A stretch of 64,000 nt of DNA from an uncultured Phascolarctobacterium sp. (GTDB lineage: Bacteria > Bacillota > Negativicutes > Acidaminococcales > Acidaminococcaceae): assembly GCA_958448515.1 (NCBI GenBank), contig CAUDEF010000001.1:15488-79487 (forward strand), written 5' to 3'. Shown here piece after piece: positions 1-8,158 of the stretch. A model generated the notes under the pieces. That model saw only the letters and a list, made by a program, of their open reading frames with translations. It was not told the origin of the DNA and did not search any database. Position numbers and translations under genes: made by a program. How positions within the stretch are numbered: the stretch's first letter is position 1; every line of letters begins with the position of its first letter.

Positions 1-347
1 CATCACGTATTTCAGAAGCTATATTGATTGTAGATTGACCCTTATGAACTATTGTGCTTTTTGCTGTCAATTTTCCCATACCACGGATATTGCTTATATA
101 ATTTATATTCATACTCAAAGTCTGAGCCATCTTGCCGACAGAAGCGCAGGTAATACCAGTCAAAGAGTCTGCCAGAGCAGCCATAGCACCCCCATGGACA
201 CCAAGCCAATGATTGGTGTGTATATCAAAATCAATAGGCATTTCTAAAGTTGTTCCACCACAATGCACTTCTTTGATGCTTATCTTAAGAACATTCATAA
301 ATGCATTGCCGCTCCACATATTTCTGATAATTTCTTCAGGACTCATA
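1..347 (-). CDS. PaaI/hotdog-fold thioesterase (partial; C-terminus lies beyond the left edge)
   Basis: Minus-strand ORF runs off the window. ATG at 347 is preceded by AAGGAGA. My translation, MSPEEIIRNMWSGNAFMNVLKISIKEVHCGGTTLEMPIDFDIHTNHWLGVHGGAMAALADSLTG, has the PaaI-type 'HGG' core. Confidence 0.6.
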
Positions 348-361
348 CTTTAATCTCCTTC

Positions 362-1318
362 CTAAAAATAAATATTTACTATAGTCATATAAAATGGTAT
401 AACTATCAATCCACATAAAATAGTTATAAAACTCAATGCAGCTGCGTACTGGCTGTCAGCACCGTACTGCTTGGAGACAATAGCCATCTGCGTCATGGCA
501 GGCATTGCCGCCTGCATGGTAAATACTTTAACTGACATATCAGTCACCGTAAAAAAAGGTACTAATGCCAGAACACTCAGCGGACATACTATAAATCTGC
601 CAAATAACCCTGCAAAAATATCTTTTTCAAAATTAAACGTTTTTAAGGATATCTTGCTTATTTCGATACCAATAAAAATCAGTGACATAGGTGTTGTCAG
701 ATTACCTACATACTGAAAGCTGTTCATCATAAAATCCGGTAACTTAATATTAAAAGCAATTAAAAATAAGGCTGCAAAAAATCCCATCAGCGGAGGAGAA
801 AATAACTTTTTCAGAACATTAAGAGAAAAGAAACTGTTATTCTTCTCATTATCAGTGTCTGCAACAATATTATGAACACCAAAAGTCCAGAAAAAAATTG
901 TATTAACTATATAATATAACATTACCGAGGGAATGCTTTGATCACCAAACAAAGCTAGATTAACCGGCAGTCCGATAAACATTGTATTAGCTATAAAATA
1001 ATTTGTTTTAAATACGCCCTGCCTGCCCTTGGGTATTTTACACAAATAACTCATTACAACGCCAATCAGCATAGCCAATAACATGGAGCCAACAGGCAGC
1101 AGCATATCCGGTGCCATAGCTGCCAGTGATTCTGCCGTAAAATTTTTAGTAAGACTTGTTATCATATAGAGAGGCAAAGATACGGTTGTAACAAGCTTTG
1201 CGATCAAGGCGCTGCTCTTATCGTCAAACCATCCTTTTTTACTCAGAACATACCCTATGGCTACAACAAATATTATCGTAAATATTGCTTCCAAAGATTG
1301 TACTATAAAGTTCAACAT
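362..1318 (-). CDS. AEC (auxin efflux carrier) family permease; candidate MdcF-like malonate/organic acid carrier
   Basis: ORF 362..1345. AGGTGA lies 4 nt before ATG 1318. Polytopic membrane protein with N-terminus MLNFIVQSLEAIFTIIFVVAIGYVL, typical of AEC permeases. Sits directly downstream of the mad operon. Confidence 0.75.
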   Translation of the reverse strand: MLNFIVQSLEAIFTIIFVVAIGYVLSKKGWFDDKSSALIAKLVTTVSLPLYMITSLTKNFTAESLAAMAPDMLLPVGSMLLAMLIGVVMSYLCKIPKGRQGVFKTNYFIANTMFIGLPVNLALFGDQSIPSVMLYYIVNTIFFWTFGVHNIVADTDNEKNNSFFSLNVLKKLFSPPLMGFFAALFLIAFNIKLPDFMMNSFQYVGNLTTPMSLIFIGIEISKISLKTFNFEKDIFAGLFGRFIVCPLSVLALVPFFTVTDMSVKVFTMQAAMPAMTQMAIVSKQYGADSQYAAALSFITILCGLIVIPFYMTIVNIYF

Positions 1319-1342
1319 AAAATCACCTGTCTTTACAACGCA

Positions 1343-1375
1343 CAATAAGGCTCGGCTATTCGCCGAACCTTATTG
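1343..1375 (-). other. 14-bp GC-rich stem-loop without U-tract between mdcB and the AEC permease gene
   Basis: caataaggctcggc / gccgaaccttattg pair with one G.U wobble. No T-run follows on either strand. Confidence 0.5.
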
Positions 1376-1462
1376 CACTTCTCGGAGGTCTTAGCAGTCT
1401 ACTATGCTAAGAAAAGCATTTGTGTTGTATATGTCAAGGAATGCTGTTGAAATATAATGTCC

Positions 1463-2413
1463 CTAAACTATATCAACAGGAAATTCCTTATTATCAATCA
1501 AATATAAACCTATGGTAACTGATAATAAATCAGCACTACCGCCTGGGCTGATTCTTCTGCTGCAGAAATATTCTTCAGCCTGTTTAATCTTTTCCCAGCC
1601 CTGGCTGGTAAAAACACTGCCTGCAGATATTATATCTTTAGCAATAATTTTGACATTTTCTGCCATTTCTACATCAGTTCTCCATATTACATTACTATCT
1701 TCTACAACAGTCATCAGAGAAACCAAACTATGCAATAAGGCATCATTTAAACTCGCACCTTTATTGAAAGCTTCTGTTAAAGCAGGCAGTCCATATTTTA
1801 AAACACTTGGAAAACCTTTCTCCACTTCTCCTCTAATTCCTGTTATACCATATTCTTTATATAATTTTTCTCCAGCAGTCTTTACTTCTGAGTCTAATTT
1901 TTCTAATTCCGACTCAACAAGACCATCTGTCATTTTCATGACTATAGGTATGATATTTTCTTTATCAAATCCCTGATTATATGCGTACCCGGCAGCAGCA
2001 CTGACAAGTCCGCCGGCAAACAAAATTCCTCTTTGTGTATTAACTCCCTTTGTTACTCTGAGGAGCTCTTTTTCAGCTAATATACCATAAGATCTTACTT
2101 TAGCAAACAGTTCTTTTTCAGAACCGCTATGAGTCATTCCAATATCCTGTAAATCATTAAACGCTTGTCCCAAAACAGCAGAACTCATAGCAAAGGTCAG
2201 TATACTCATATCATTATGCGACCCTTTGGACAGTCTGGTAACCAATCCTGGTTTGGGATGTGTACAGACCTCTAACAAAATAGCCTGCGACAAGTACTGA
2301 CTCATCTTACAAAGTTCTGGTTTATGATGAGAAAATTGATACTCATATACTCGTTCCAAACTCTTTTTATTGTATTTGTCTACTCTACATGTCAAACAAT
2401 TCAGACCAGCCAT
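1463..2413 (-). CDS. mdcB: triphosphoribosyl-dephospho-CoA synthase (MdcB/MadG/CitG family)
   Basis: About 300 aa with THPKPGLVTR (the CitG/MdcB 'KPGLV' block). Last gene of the malonate decarboxylase operon. Confidence 0.8.
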   Translation of the reverse strand: MAGLNCLTCRVDKYNKKSLERVYEYQFSHHKPELCKMSQYLSQAILLEVCTHPKPGLVTRLSKGSHNDMSILTFAMSSAVLGQAFNDLQDIGMTHSGSEKELFAKVRSYGILAEKELLRVTKGVNTQRGILFAGGLVSAAAGYAYNQGFDKENIIPIVMKMTDGLVESELEKLDSEVKTAGEKLYKEYGITGIRGEVEKGFPSVLKYGLPALTEAFNKGASLNDALLHSLVSLMTVVEDSNVIWRTDVEMAENVKIIAKDIISAGSVFTSQGWEKIKQAEEYFCSRRISPGGSADLLSVTIGLYLIDNKEFPVDIV

Positions 2414-2463
2414 GACAGTACCAACTTTCTCATCTAAATAATTTTACCGATTTGAGTTTTAAA

Positions 2464-3234
2464 TCAAGCACCCATAATAGCTTTGGTAGCCAGATATAAT
2501 ACGGACGGGCACAGGAGGCAGCCAGTACCGGTATAGAAAGTTGCAGTCATTGCTCCATAAGGAACAAGTTTAGCATCTACTGCAGCAAGTCCTGCAGCAA
2601 CACCGGAAGAGGTACCCATAAGACCACCATAAATCATTGCAGATTGAGGATTGTCGAGCCCAACCATATTTTTTACAAACGGGGTTAAGAGCATAACTGC
2701 AACAGATTTAACTACGCCAGCAGCAATACTGATTGCAATTACATCAGAAGATGCACCAAGAGCCGCACCGGTAACAGGACCTACAACGAAAGTACAAACA
2801 CCTGCACCAATGGTAACCATGGAAATTACATCAGGATATCCCATGAAATATGCCAGCACACAGCCAACAACGAAGGAACTTAATACGCCCATCAACAGGG
2901 ATACTACACCAACAATGCCGCATTTTTTGATTTCACGTAAATCTGCACCAAATGCTGTGGATACGATAGCAAAATCACGGAACATACCGCCGCCCATCAT
3001 GCCAACACCTGCAAACATCGGAATGCTTGCAAGACCTTTGGTTCCGCCGGTAGTAATACCGCCAATATAAGCTAAAATAAGACCTGCAAAAATCGCAATT
3101 GCAGAACCATGAACTTTACCTTTAGTAAGACCAGAAAGCTTATATGTAATAAGAGTAATAACGCCAATTAATAAAAATGCGAATACAAGACCATTGCTTT
3201 GGCAAACCTTTACAAACATAGCTGCAATATCCAT
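2464..3234 (-). CDS. madM: malonate transporter subunit MadM
   Basis: 256-aa Gly-rich polytopic membrane protein. Its ATG lies 1 nt after the madL stop. Size and position match MadM of the Malonomonas mad cluster. Confidence 0.8.
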   Translation of the reverse strand: MDIAAMFVKVCQSNGLVFAFLLIGVITLITYKLSGLTKGKVHGSAIAIFAGLILAYIGGITTGGTKGLASIPMFAGVGMMGGGMFRDFAIVSTAFGADLREIKKCGIVGVVSLLMGVLSSFVVGCVLAYFMGYPDVISMVTIGAGVCTFVVGPVTGAALGASSDVIAISIAAGVVKSVAVMLLTPFVKNMVGLDNPQSAMIYGGLMGTSSGVAAGLAAVDAKLVPYGAMTATFYTGTGCLLCPSVLYLATKAIMGA

Positions 3235-3235
3235 C

Positions 3236-3610
3236 TTACTTCACCTCACCGTTCTTACTACCAAAAACTTTAGCAATAACAGGAATAAGTGCAAAAGCTA
3301 CGGCAACACCTAAGAGACCGCCGCCTATAGCAAGAGGACCACCTTTTATTGCTGCTACTACGTTCTGAATGGAGCTCATAGCCACAACGATAGGAATGTA
3401 CATAGCACTCCAGAATGCAATACCGCTTTGTGCTTTGGAGTCCAACCAACCTTCGTCAATACCTTTGTTAGTTAATAAAATGAGGAACAACATTGCGAAG
3501 CCAACGCCACCTACATTAGCTTTTACTCCAACTAACGCACCAAAAAGGTCACCTAAAAACATACCGACAATATAACAAGCCGCTAATAAAGCAACACCAT
3601 AAATAGCCAT
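3236..3610 (-). CDS. madL: malonate transporter subunit MadL
   Basis: 124-aa protein with four TM segments, immediately upstream of madM. Size and order match MadL. Confidence 0.8.
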   Translation of the reverse strand: MAIYGVALLAACYIVGMFLGDLFGALVGVKANVGGVGFAMLFLILLTNKGIDEGWLDSKAQSGIAFWSAMYIPIVVAMSSIQNVVAAIKGGPLAIGGGLLGVAVAFALIPVIAKVFGSKNGEVK

Positions 3611-3642
3611 AATTACACCACCTTAAGTACAATTTTTTATTA

Positions 3643-3666
3643 TCGCAGCTCTAAAAAGAGCTGCGA
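3643..3666 (-). other. 9-bp stem-loop (tcgcagctc/gagctgcga) between madF and madL, no U-tract
   Basis: Perfect inverted repeat with a 6-nt loop in the 79-nt madF-madL spacer. Confidence 0.45.
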
Positions 3667-3689
3667 AACAACAAAAGGCTTAATTAAAA

Positions 3690-3899
3690 TTATTCAATAA
3701 TAGCGATTACAGTACCAGCGCTTACACGGTCGCCAGGTTGTACTTTGAATTCTTTAATGGTACCAGCTACAGGGCTCGGAACCAATTGTTTCATTTTCAT
3801 TGCTTCCATTACTGCAATTACGTCTTTTACTGCTACTTGATCGCCAACTTCTTTTTCAAAACGAACAATTTTACCAGGTACTCTAGATTTAATTTCCAT
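3690..3899 (-). CDS. madF: biotin carrier protein of malonate decarboxylase (MadF-like biotinyl domain), copy 1
   Basis: 69-aa biotinyl domain with the EAMKM biotinylation motif. GGAGATAATAAAA-ATG supports ATG 3899. The 10-codon upstream extension in the ORF track has no RBS. Confidence 0.85.
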   Translation of the reverse strand: MEIKSRVPGKIVRFEKEVGDQVAVKDVIAVMEAMKMKQLVPSPVAGTIKEFKVQPGDRVSAGTVIAIIE

Positions 3900-3934
3900 T
3901 TTTATTATCTCCTTTATTATGTCAGTCAATTAAA

Positions 3935-4144
3935 TTATTCAATGATAGCAATTACAGTACCAGCACTTACACGGTCGCCAGGTTGTACTTTGAATTCTTT
4001 AATGGTGCCAGCTACAGGACTCGGAACCAATTGTTTCATTTTCATTGCTTCCATTACTGCAATTACGTCTTTTACTGCTACTTGATCGCCAACTTCTTTT
4101 TCAAAACGAACGATTTTACCAGGTACTCTAGATTTAATTTCCAT
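3935..4144 (-). CDS. madF: biotin carrier protein of malonate decarboxylase (MadF-like biotinyl domain), copy 2
   Basis: 69 aa, protein 100% identical to copy 1. Same RBS and EAMKM motif. Confidence 0.85.
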   Translation of the reverse strand: MEIKSRVPGKIVRFEKEVGDQVAVKDVIAVMEAMKMKQLVPSPVAGTIKEFKVQPGDRVSAGTVIAIIE

Positions 4145-4156
4145 TTTTATTATCTC

Positions 4157-4834
4157 CTATTCCAAATAAGCTAAAACTTCTTTTTTATTAATTAAGTCAA
4201 CATCTTGCAGACTTTTACCTAAAACTGTACTGGTATTCATAAAAACTTCTGCAAGCTTTATACCATAGCCATTGGGCAAATCAAGCTCAAAATCCATATT
4301 TATTCCATCTGACAATCTCTTTGCTTCTTCATAAAAGTCAAATAATTTTTTATACTCAGCTGGTTTTACCAGAATATCAATATCAGAATTTTCATCAGTA
4401 TATGGTAATCCGGTTATGAGTTCGAGCCCTGCTGACCCCAGTACACCTACTTTCAAACCATAGGCATCGGCCAGATTTTTAATATCATCAACAACTGCCA
4501 TGCATTTATTGCGCTTGTCATTGTGATAACGTATAACTTCATAAACAGTAACAATTTTTGTTATATCTTGATTTGCTACATAGCTGCCGATGCGAAGTCT
4601 GTTACCATCAACTCTTTTACAATGTACAAATCCGACAGCGACTTTATCATCATCCAAACATTCTCCACGACGTATTATTCCAGGTATTTCTGAAACATCG
4701 TACAGGATTTCTTTGGCTGCGCTCAGTGTCATTTCATTAGTTCTCTTATCTTCGTTTACACATTGCAGAACAAACTCTTTTCCTTTTTCAGAAAGAAACA
4801 CCAAATTATGTCGTTTTAATTTCGTTTTGTCCAT
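4157..4834 (-). CDS. mdcG: malonate decarboxylase holo-ACP synthase (phosphoribosyl-dephospho-CoA transferase, MdcG/MadK-like)
   Basis: GSAGLELITGLPYTDENSDIDILV is the MdcG-type nucleotidyltransferase signature. AAGGCGGA RBS. Overlaps the upstream gene by 19 nt. Confidence 0.8.
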   Translation of the reverse strand: MDKTKLKRHNLVFLSEKGKEFVLQCVNEDKRTNEMTLSAAKEILYDVSEIPGIIRRGECLDDDKVAVGFVHCKRVDGNRLRIGSYVANQDITKIVTVYEVIRYHNDKRNKCMAVVDDIKNLADAYGLKVGVLGSAGLELITGLPYTDENSDIDILVKPAEYKKLFDFYEEAKRLSDGINMDFELDLPNGYGIKLAEVFMNTSTVLGKSLQDVDLINKKEVLAYLE

Positions 4835-5919
4835 ACAGGATCCGCCTTACTGTTTTGCTGATAATCAAGCTGTGCCTGAATCATATCATCAAAAAGCTTA
4901 GTTTTCTCCGGACCTTCGATGATAATAGGATCTTGCTTTATACCACTTATATAATCAGGTACAAGTTCAAGAACTGTATGCTCGGCATTTGTTACAACAT
5001 CAGGACTAACCTTTACAATTCTTCCTTTAATTCTCAAAATGCTTCTGGCAACTCTCCCTAAAGTGACTGCTGATGTAAGTTTTGTCGCCTTAACAATAAC
5101 TTCATATTCCGGATAGCTTCGTTCGCGTCTGTAGGTAATAATTTTCCCATCTCTATTACATACATGGCCGCTGTTAGTTACAGGAAAGCAATCTCCCATT
5201 GGCAGACCACCAACTACCAATTCAAAGAACTCCTGTCCCTTATTTACAGATGTAGGTACAAGTTCAATATCGTCTCTAACTGGTATACCGTCCATGGTTA
5301 ACCAACCAAATTCCTGGCATCCATATAAGTCGTGTACTTCTGCATTAAGTACTTCTTCAGCTATTGGCAGCAGTTCGAGATCAAGAGGAGTACCTGCTGT
5401 CAACAGAACGATATTTTTAGGCAATTCATCTGCAACACCCATATGTTTAGCATCTTCCAAAGCCGCTCTGATAAATGAAGACTCGCCTAAAACTGCATGG
5501 GGCTGAAATTCGTACAAAGCTGCCAAAAAGGCATCTCTGCTTGAACGAACAAGAAAGGACCACTCTATACCATACTTTTTAAAAGCGTCACCAGAAAAAA
5601 CATTTACTAAAGGCGGATAAGTTACCAGAACTCTGTCGCCTGCTTTTAAACCTGCTCTCTCTAAAATTTTAAAAGAGGCTTTTATTCTGTTTGGCATTTC
5701 AGCAAAAGTAACACCAACAATATTTTGAAAAGCAGAAGAACCAGTAGTAAAAGTCAAGTACGCAAAATTAAGAGGTGTATGAACTTCCTCAATAGTATGC
5801 GCAGCAGTGGGACCTGCTATTCCCTTATCTGCCAGAGTTCTTCTGGGCATATCCTCAAATTTTGGTGCTGAACCAAAATCCTTTACCAAACTGCAAATCT
5901 CTTTAAGAATACCGTCCAT
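4816..5919 (-). CDS. adenylate-forming (PaaK/F390-synthetase-like) enzyme at the madH position; candidate ACP-SH:acetate ligase
   Basis: 367 aa with FTTGSS and HDLYGCQEFGW blocks, reminiscent of phenylacetate-CoA-ligase-like enzymes. AGGAGGG RBS. Occupies the slot between the carboxyltransferase genes and mdcG, as madH does in Malonomonas. Confidence 0.55.
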   Translation of the reverse strand: MDGILKEICSLVKDFGSAPKFEDMPRRTLADKGIAGPTAAHTIEEVHTPLNFAYLTFTTGSSAFQNIVGVTFAEMPNRIKASFKILERAGLKAGDRVLVTYPPLVNVFSGDAFKKYGIEWSFLVRSSRDAFLAALYEFQPHAVLGESSFIRAALEDAKHMGVADELPKNIVLLTAGTPLDLELLPIAEEVLNAEVHDLYGCQEFGWLTMDGIPVRDDIELVPTSVNKGQEFFELVVGGLPMGDCFPVTNSGHVCNRDGKIITYRRERSYPEYEVIVKATKLTSAVTLGRVARSILRIKGRIVKVSPDVVTNAEHTVLELVPDYISGIKQDPIIIEGPEKTKLFDDMIQAQLDYQQNSKADPVWTKRN

Positions 5920-5944
5920 ACATACCCTCCTAAGATTGACTTAA

Positions 5945-6835
5945 TTATGCATTAATATATTTGTCAGCAACTGCTGCAAATTCATCATACACTTTGTTAA
6001 TGGTTTCCATACGTTTTGTACGGCCGCCACGTTCGTTACCAAGGATGCCACGACCCCACGGACCAAGTAATTCAAACTTGCCCTCTGCTTTTAATGCCGC
6101 AACTTCCTTGATATGTTTAATAATTACATCACGCATATCTTCCGGTTTTTCAACGATTTCCTGTACACCGCCAAGTTTATAGAAGAAGTCAACACCTGCA
6201 GCAAATACAGGATTTGTTTTGGACAATTCTTCAAGACGTTCAATGTCCATTTTGGTAATACGGGAAATAGAGGTAATAGGCATAACGTGAATCATTGTGC
6301 CATATTCTTTAGACAAAGCAAGAATATGGTCAGCCTGCAAGCCATGGCACAGGAACGCACCGGAAATAGCACGGCCGATAACCATTGCAATAATAGGATG
6401 GCCAGCTTTTCTTGCTTCAGCCAGTGCAAGCTGATATCCACCGGTAGATTTATTCATACCAGCAATTTCTTCCATTTTGCCAGGGCCATTGCCCGGGGTG
6501 TCAACAACAAGCACGATCGGGCGTTTTTCAGCCAGCGGTTTGTCTTTATCAGCTTCCATTGTGCGGTAAACAGCAGTTGCCATTTTATAGCCTTCTTCAA
6601 GACCAATTACGCCGCCAAAAACAACCGGAAATCTTTCATTGAATGCATATGCATCGTTGCCGATAACGGTAACTGTCATGCCTTCCATTTTACCGGTACC
6701 AACTACAGAGCCAGGACCATACTCAGGATCAAAATCAAAAGCTCCAATTTTATTTTCTTCGAAAGAGCCTTCATCCAAAATCATGTCAATCGCATCACGG
6801 CCGCGGCCAATCATAGTCATTTCTAATTCTTCCAT
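5945..6835 (-). CDS. mdcE: malonate decarboxylase carboxyltransferase subunit (MdcE gamma / MadD)
   Basis: 296-aa AccA-like carboxyltransferase domain. AAGGAGG RBS. Follows mdcD. Confidence 0.8.
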   Translation of the reverse strand: MEELEMTMIGRGRDAIDMILDEGSFEENKIGAFDFDPEYGPGSVVGTGKMEGMTVTVIGNDAYAFNERFPVVFGGVIGLEEGYKMATAVYRTMEADKDKPLAEKRPIVLVVDTPGNGPGKMEEIAGMNKSTGGYQLALAEARKAGHPIIAMVIGRAISGAFLCHGLQADHILALSKEYGTMIHVMPITSISRITKMDIERLEELSKTNPVFAAGVDFFYKLGGVQEIVEKPEDMRDVIIKHIKEVAALKAEGKFELLGPWGRGILGNERGGRTKRMETINKVYDEFAAVADKYINA

Positions 6836-6854
6836 GTTTGTTACCTCCTTTGCC

Positions 6855-7814
6855 TTATGCGCGAACTCTGCGTTTTACAACTTTCAGGAATTCAGCAGTG
6901 CTGAGTTCAGGAAGTTCAGCAGGATTTTCGTTACCAAAATGTTTCCACAGATCCATGGAATCTTTCGGTTGCATTTCACCAACAAGTTTTACTAATTCTT
7001 GTTGTTCTTGAACTAATTTCAAAGAACCGATGCGGCGCATTTCTTCGATCTCAGCCATCGGGATGTCAGCAACTTCTGCCAATACATTGTGGAAGTCACC
7101 GATTTTATCTTCAACAAGATAGTTGCAGTCTTGAATAATGTATTTATGTTTCGCACCAGTTGTACGATATACAAGAGCTTTGTTGGAAGCATCAAATTCA
7201 TCTTTACCCATTTCCTGTTCAATTACTTCAGGACCGGTAAGACCAATACGACCTTCTTCATTCATAACAATTACGTCAGTTGCTGCGGCAACGAAGCCCA
7301 TACCACCAAAGCAGCCTACTTTACTGCCTACAACAGAAACAATAGGAATGATACCACGGCAGTCCTGGAAAGCATCCATAACTTCAGCATGTGCTAAAAG
7401 ACCAGCATTTGCTTCATGCAAACGAACACCACCGGTTTCATAAGAAATAGCAACCATAGGACGACGAGCATCATAATCTTCAGGATGTTTTTCCTGCAGT
7501 TCTTTAGCGGTTTTGAGAGCTAAGCGAATGGTTGCAACCATTTTGCCGCCGTTAACTTCACCAATAGCACCACCAATGAATTTGCCTTCCATGGATACAA
7601 CAAACACAGGATGTTTGCCGATAAGACCAACACCGGTTACAGTACCGTCATCAAACTCAACAGCTGCACCTAATACAGGAAGGTGAGGGCTGCAAAAACG
7701 ATCAATAGGGCTCAGAAATTCAGTAAAAGTTCCTTTATCAACTAAGCCCAAAGCACGTTCACGTGCATTTGCAGAAAAAAAGCTGCTGTTAGAAAGTTCA
7801 GTCCAACTTTTCAT
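6855..7814 (-). CDS. mdcD: malonate decarboxylase carboxyltransferase subunit (MdcD beta / MadC)
   Basis: 319-aa AccD-like carboxyltransferase domain. Its AGGAGG RBS lies inside the end of mdcC. Confidence 0.8.
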   Translation of the reverse strand: MKSWTELSNSSFFSANARERALGLVDKGTFTEFLSPIDRFCSPHLPVLGAAVEFDDGTVTGVGLIGKHPVFVVSMEGKFIGGAIGEVNGGKMVATIRLALKTAKELQEKHPEDYDARRPMVAISYETGGVRLHEANAGLLAHAEVMDAFQDCRGIIPIVSVVGSKVGCFGGMGFVAAATDVIVMNEEGRIGLTGPEVIEQEMGKDEFDASNKALVYRTTGAKHKYIIQDCNYLVEDKIGDFHNVLAEVADIPMAEIEEMRRIGSLKLVQEQQELVKLVGEMQPKDSMDLWKHFGNENPAELPELSTAEFLKVVKRRVRA

Positions 7815-7816
7815 TA

Positions 7817-8143
7817 TTATTCAACCTCCTTAGCATTAGCTTCAGCCAAAGCTTGACGTAATCTCATATATACAACGATAGGAGTTGCATTGTCATCGTT
7901 GATTTCAATGCTGATATTACCAACACCGGTATCAACAACAAATTTTTCCAGCATTTTTTCCCAAACTGCATCAAAGCCCTTTACAGGAGTTACAACTTTA
8001 GCTTTAACATTGCCACCCAGATCTTGTTTTACAAACAAAACTTCCAGATCACCGGAACCAGTTACGCCCAGATGAGACCATTCTTTATCGATGGTTTGGG
8101 TAGCTTCTGATTTGAATTCAAATTCCAATACTTGTAATGCCAC
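7817..8143 (-). CDS. mdcC: malonate decarboxylase acyl carrier protein (MdcC delta / MadE)
   Basis: 108 aa with GVTGSGDLEVLF, which holds the prosthetic-group Ser. GTG start with AGGAGG RBS. Confidence 0.85.
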   Translation of the reverse strand: MALQVLEFEFKSEATQTIDKEWSHLGVTGSGDLEVLFVKQDLGGNVKAKVVTPVKGFDAVWEKMLEKFVVDTGVGNISIEINDDNATPIVVYMRLRQALAEANAKEVE

Positions 8144-8158
8144 TTTAATCTCCTCCTA

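Larger units (their letters stand above)
3690..4162 (-). repeat. tandem direct duplication (2 x ~228 nt, 245-nt period) of madF with its RBS
   Basis: Manual alignment of 3690..3917 against 3935..4162 shows 6 substitutions in the 210-nt coding part. All are synonymous. Confidence 0.9.

Noticed and set aside
3690-3929. N-terminally extended versions of several ORF-track entries. Examples are madF 79 aa, small subunit 12413..12598, hsp20 185 aa, rpmE 75 aa, atpE 98 aa, comEB 160 aa and hutP2 163 aa.
   Set aside because: In each case a downstream ATG has a proper Shine-Dalgarno sequence at 5-10 nt and gives the family-typical N-terminus. The extension overlaps the upstream gene, a palindrome or an RBS.
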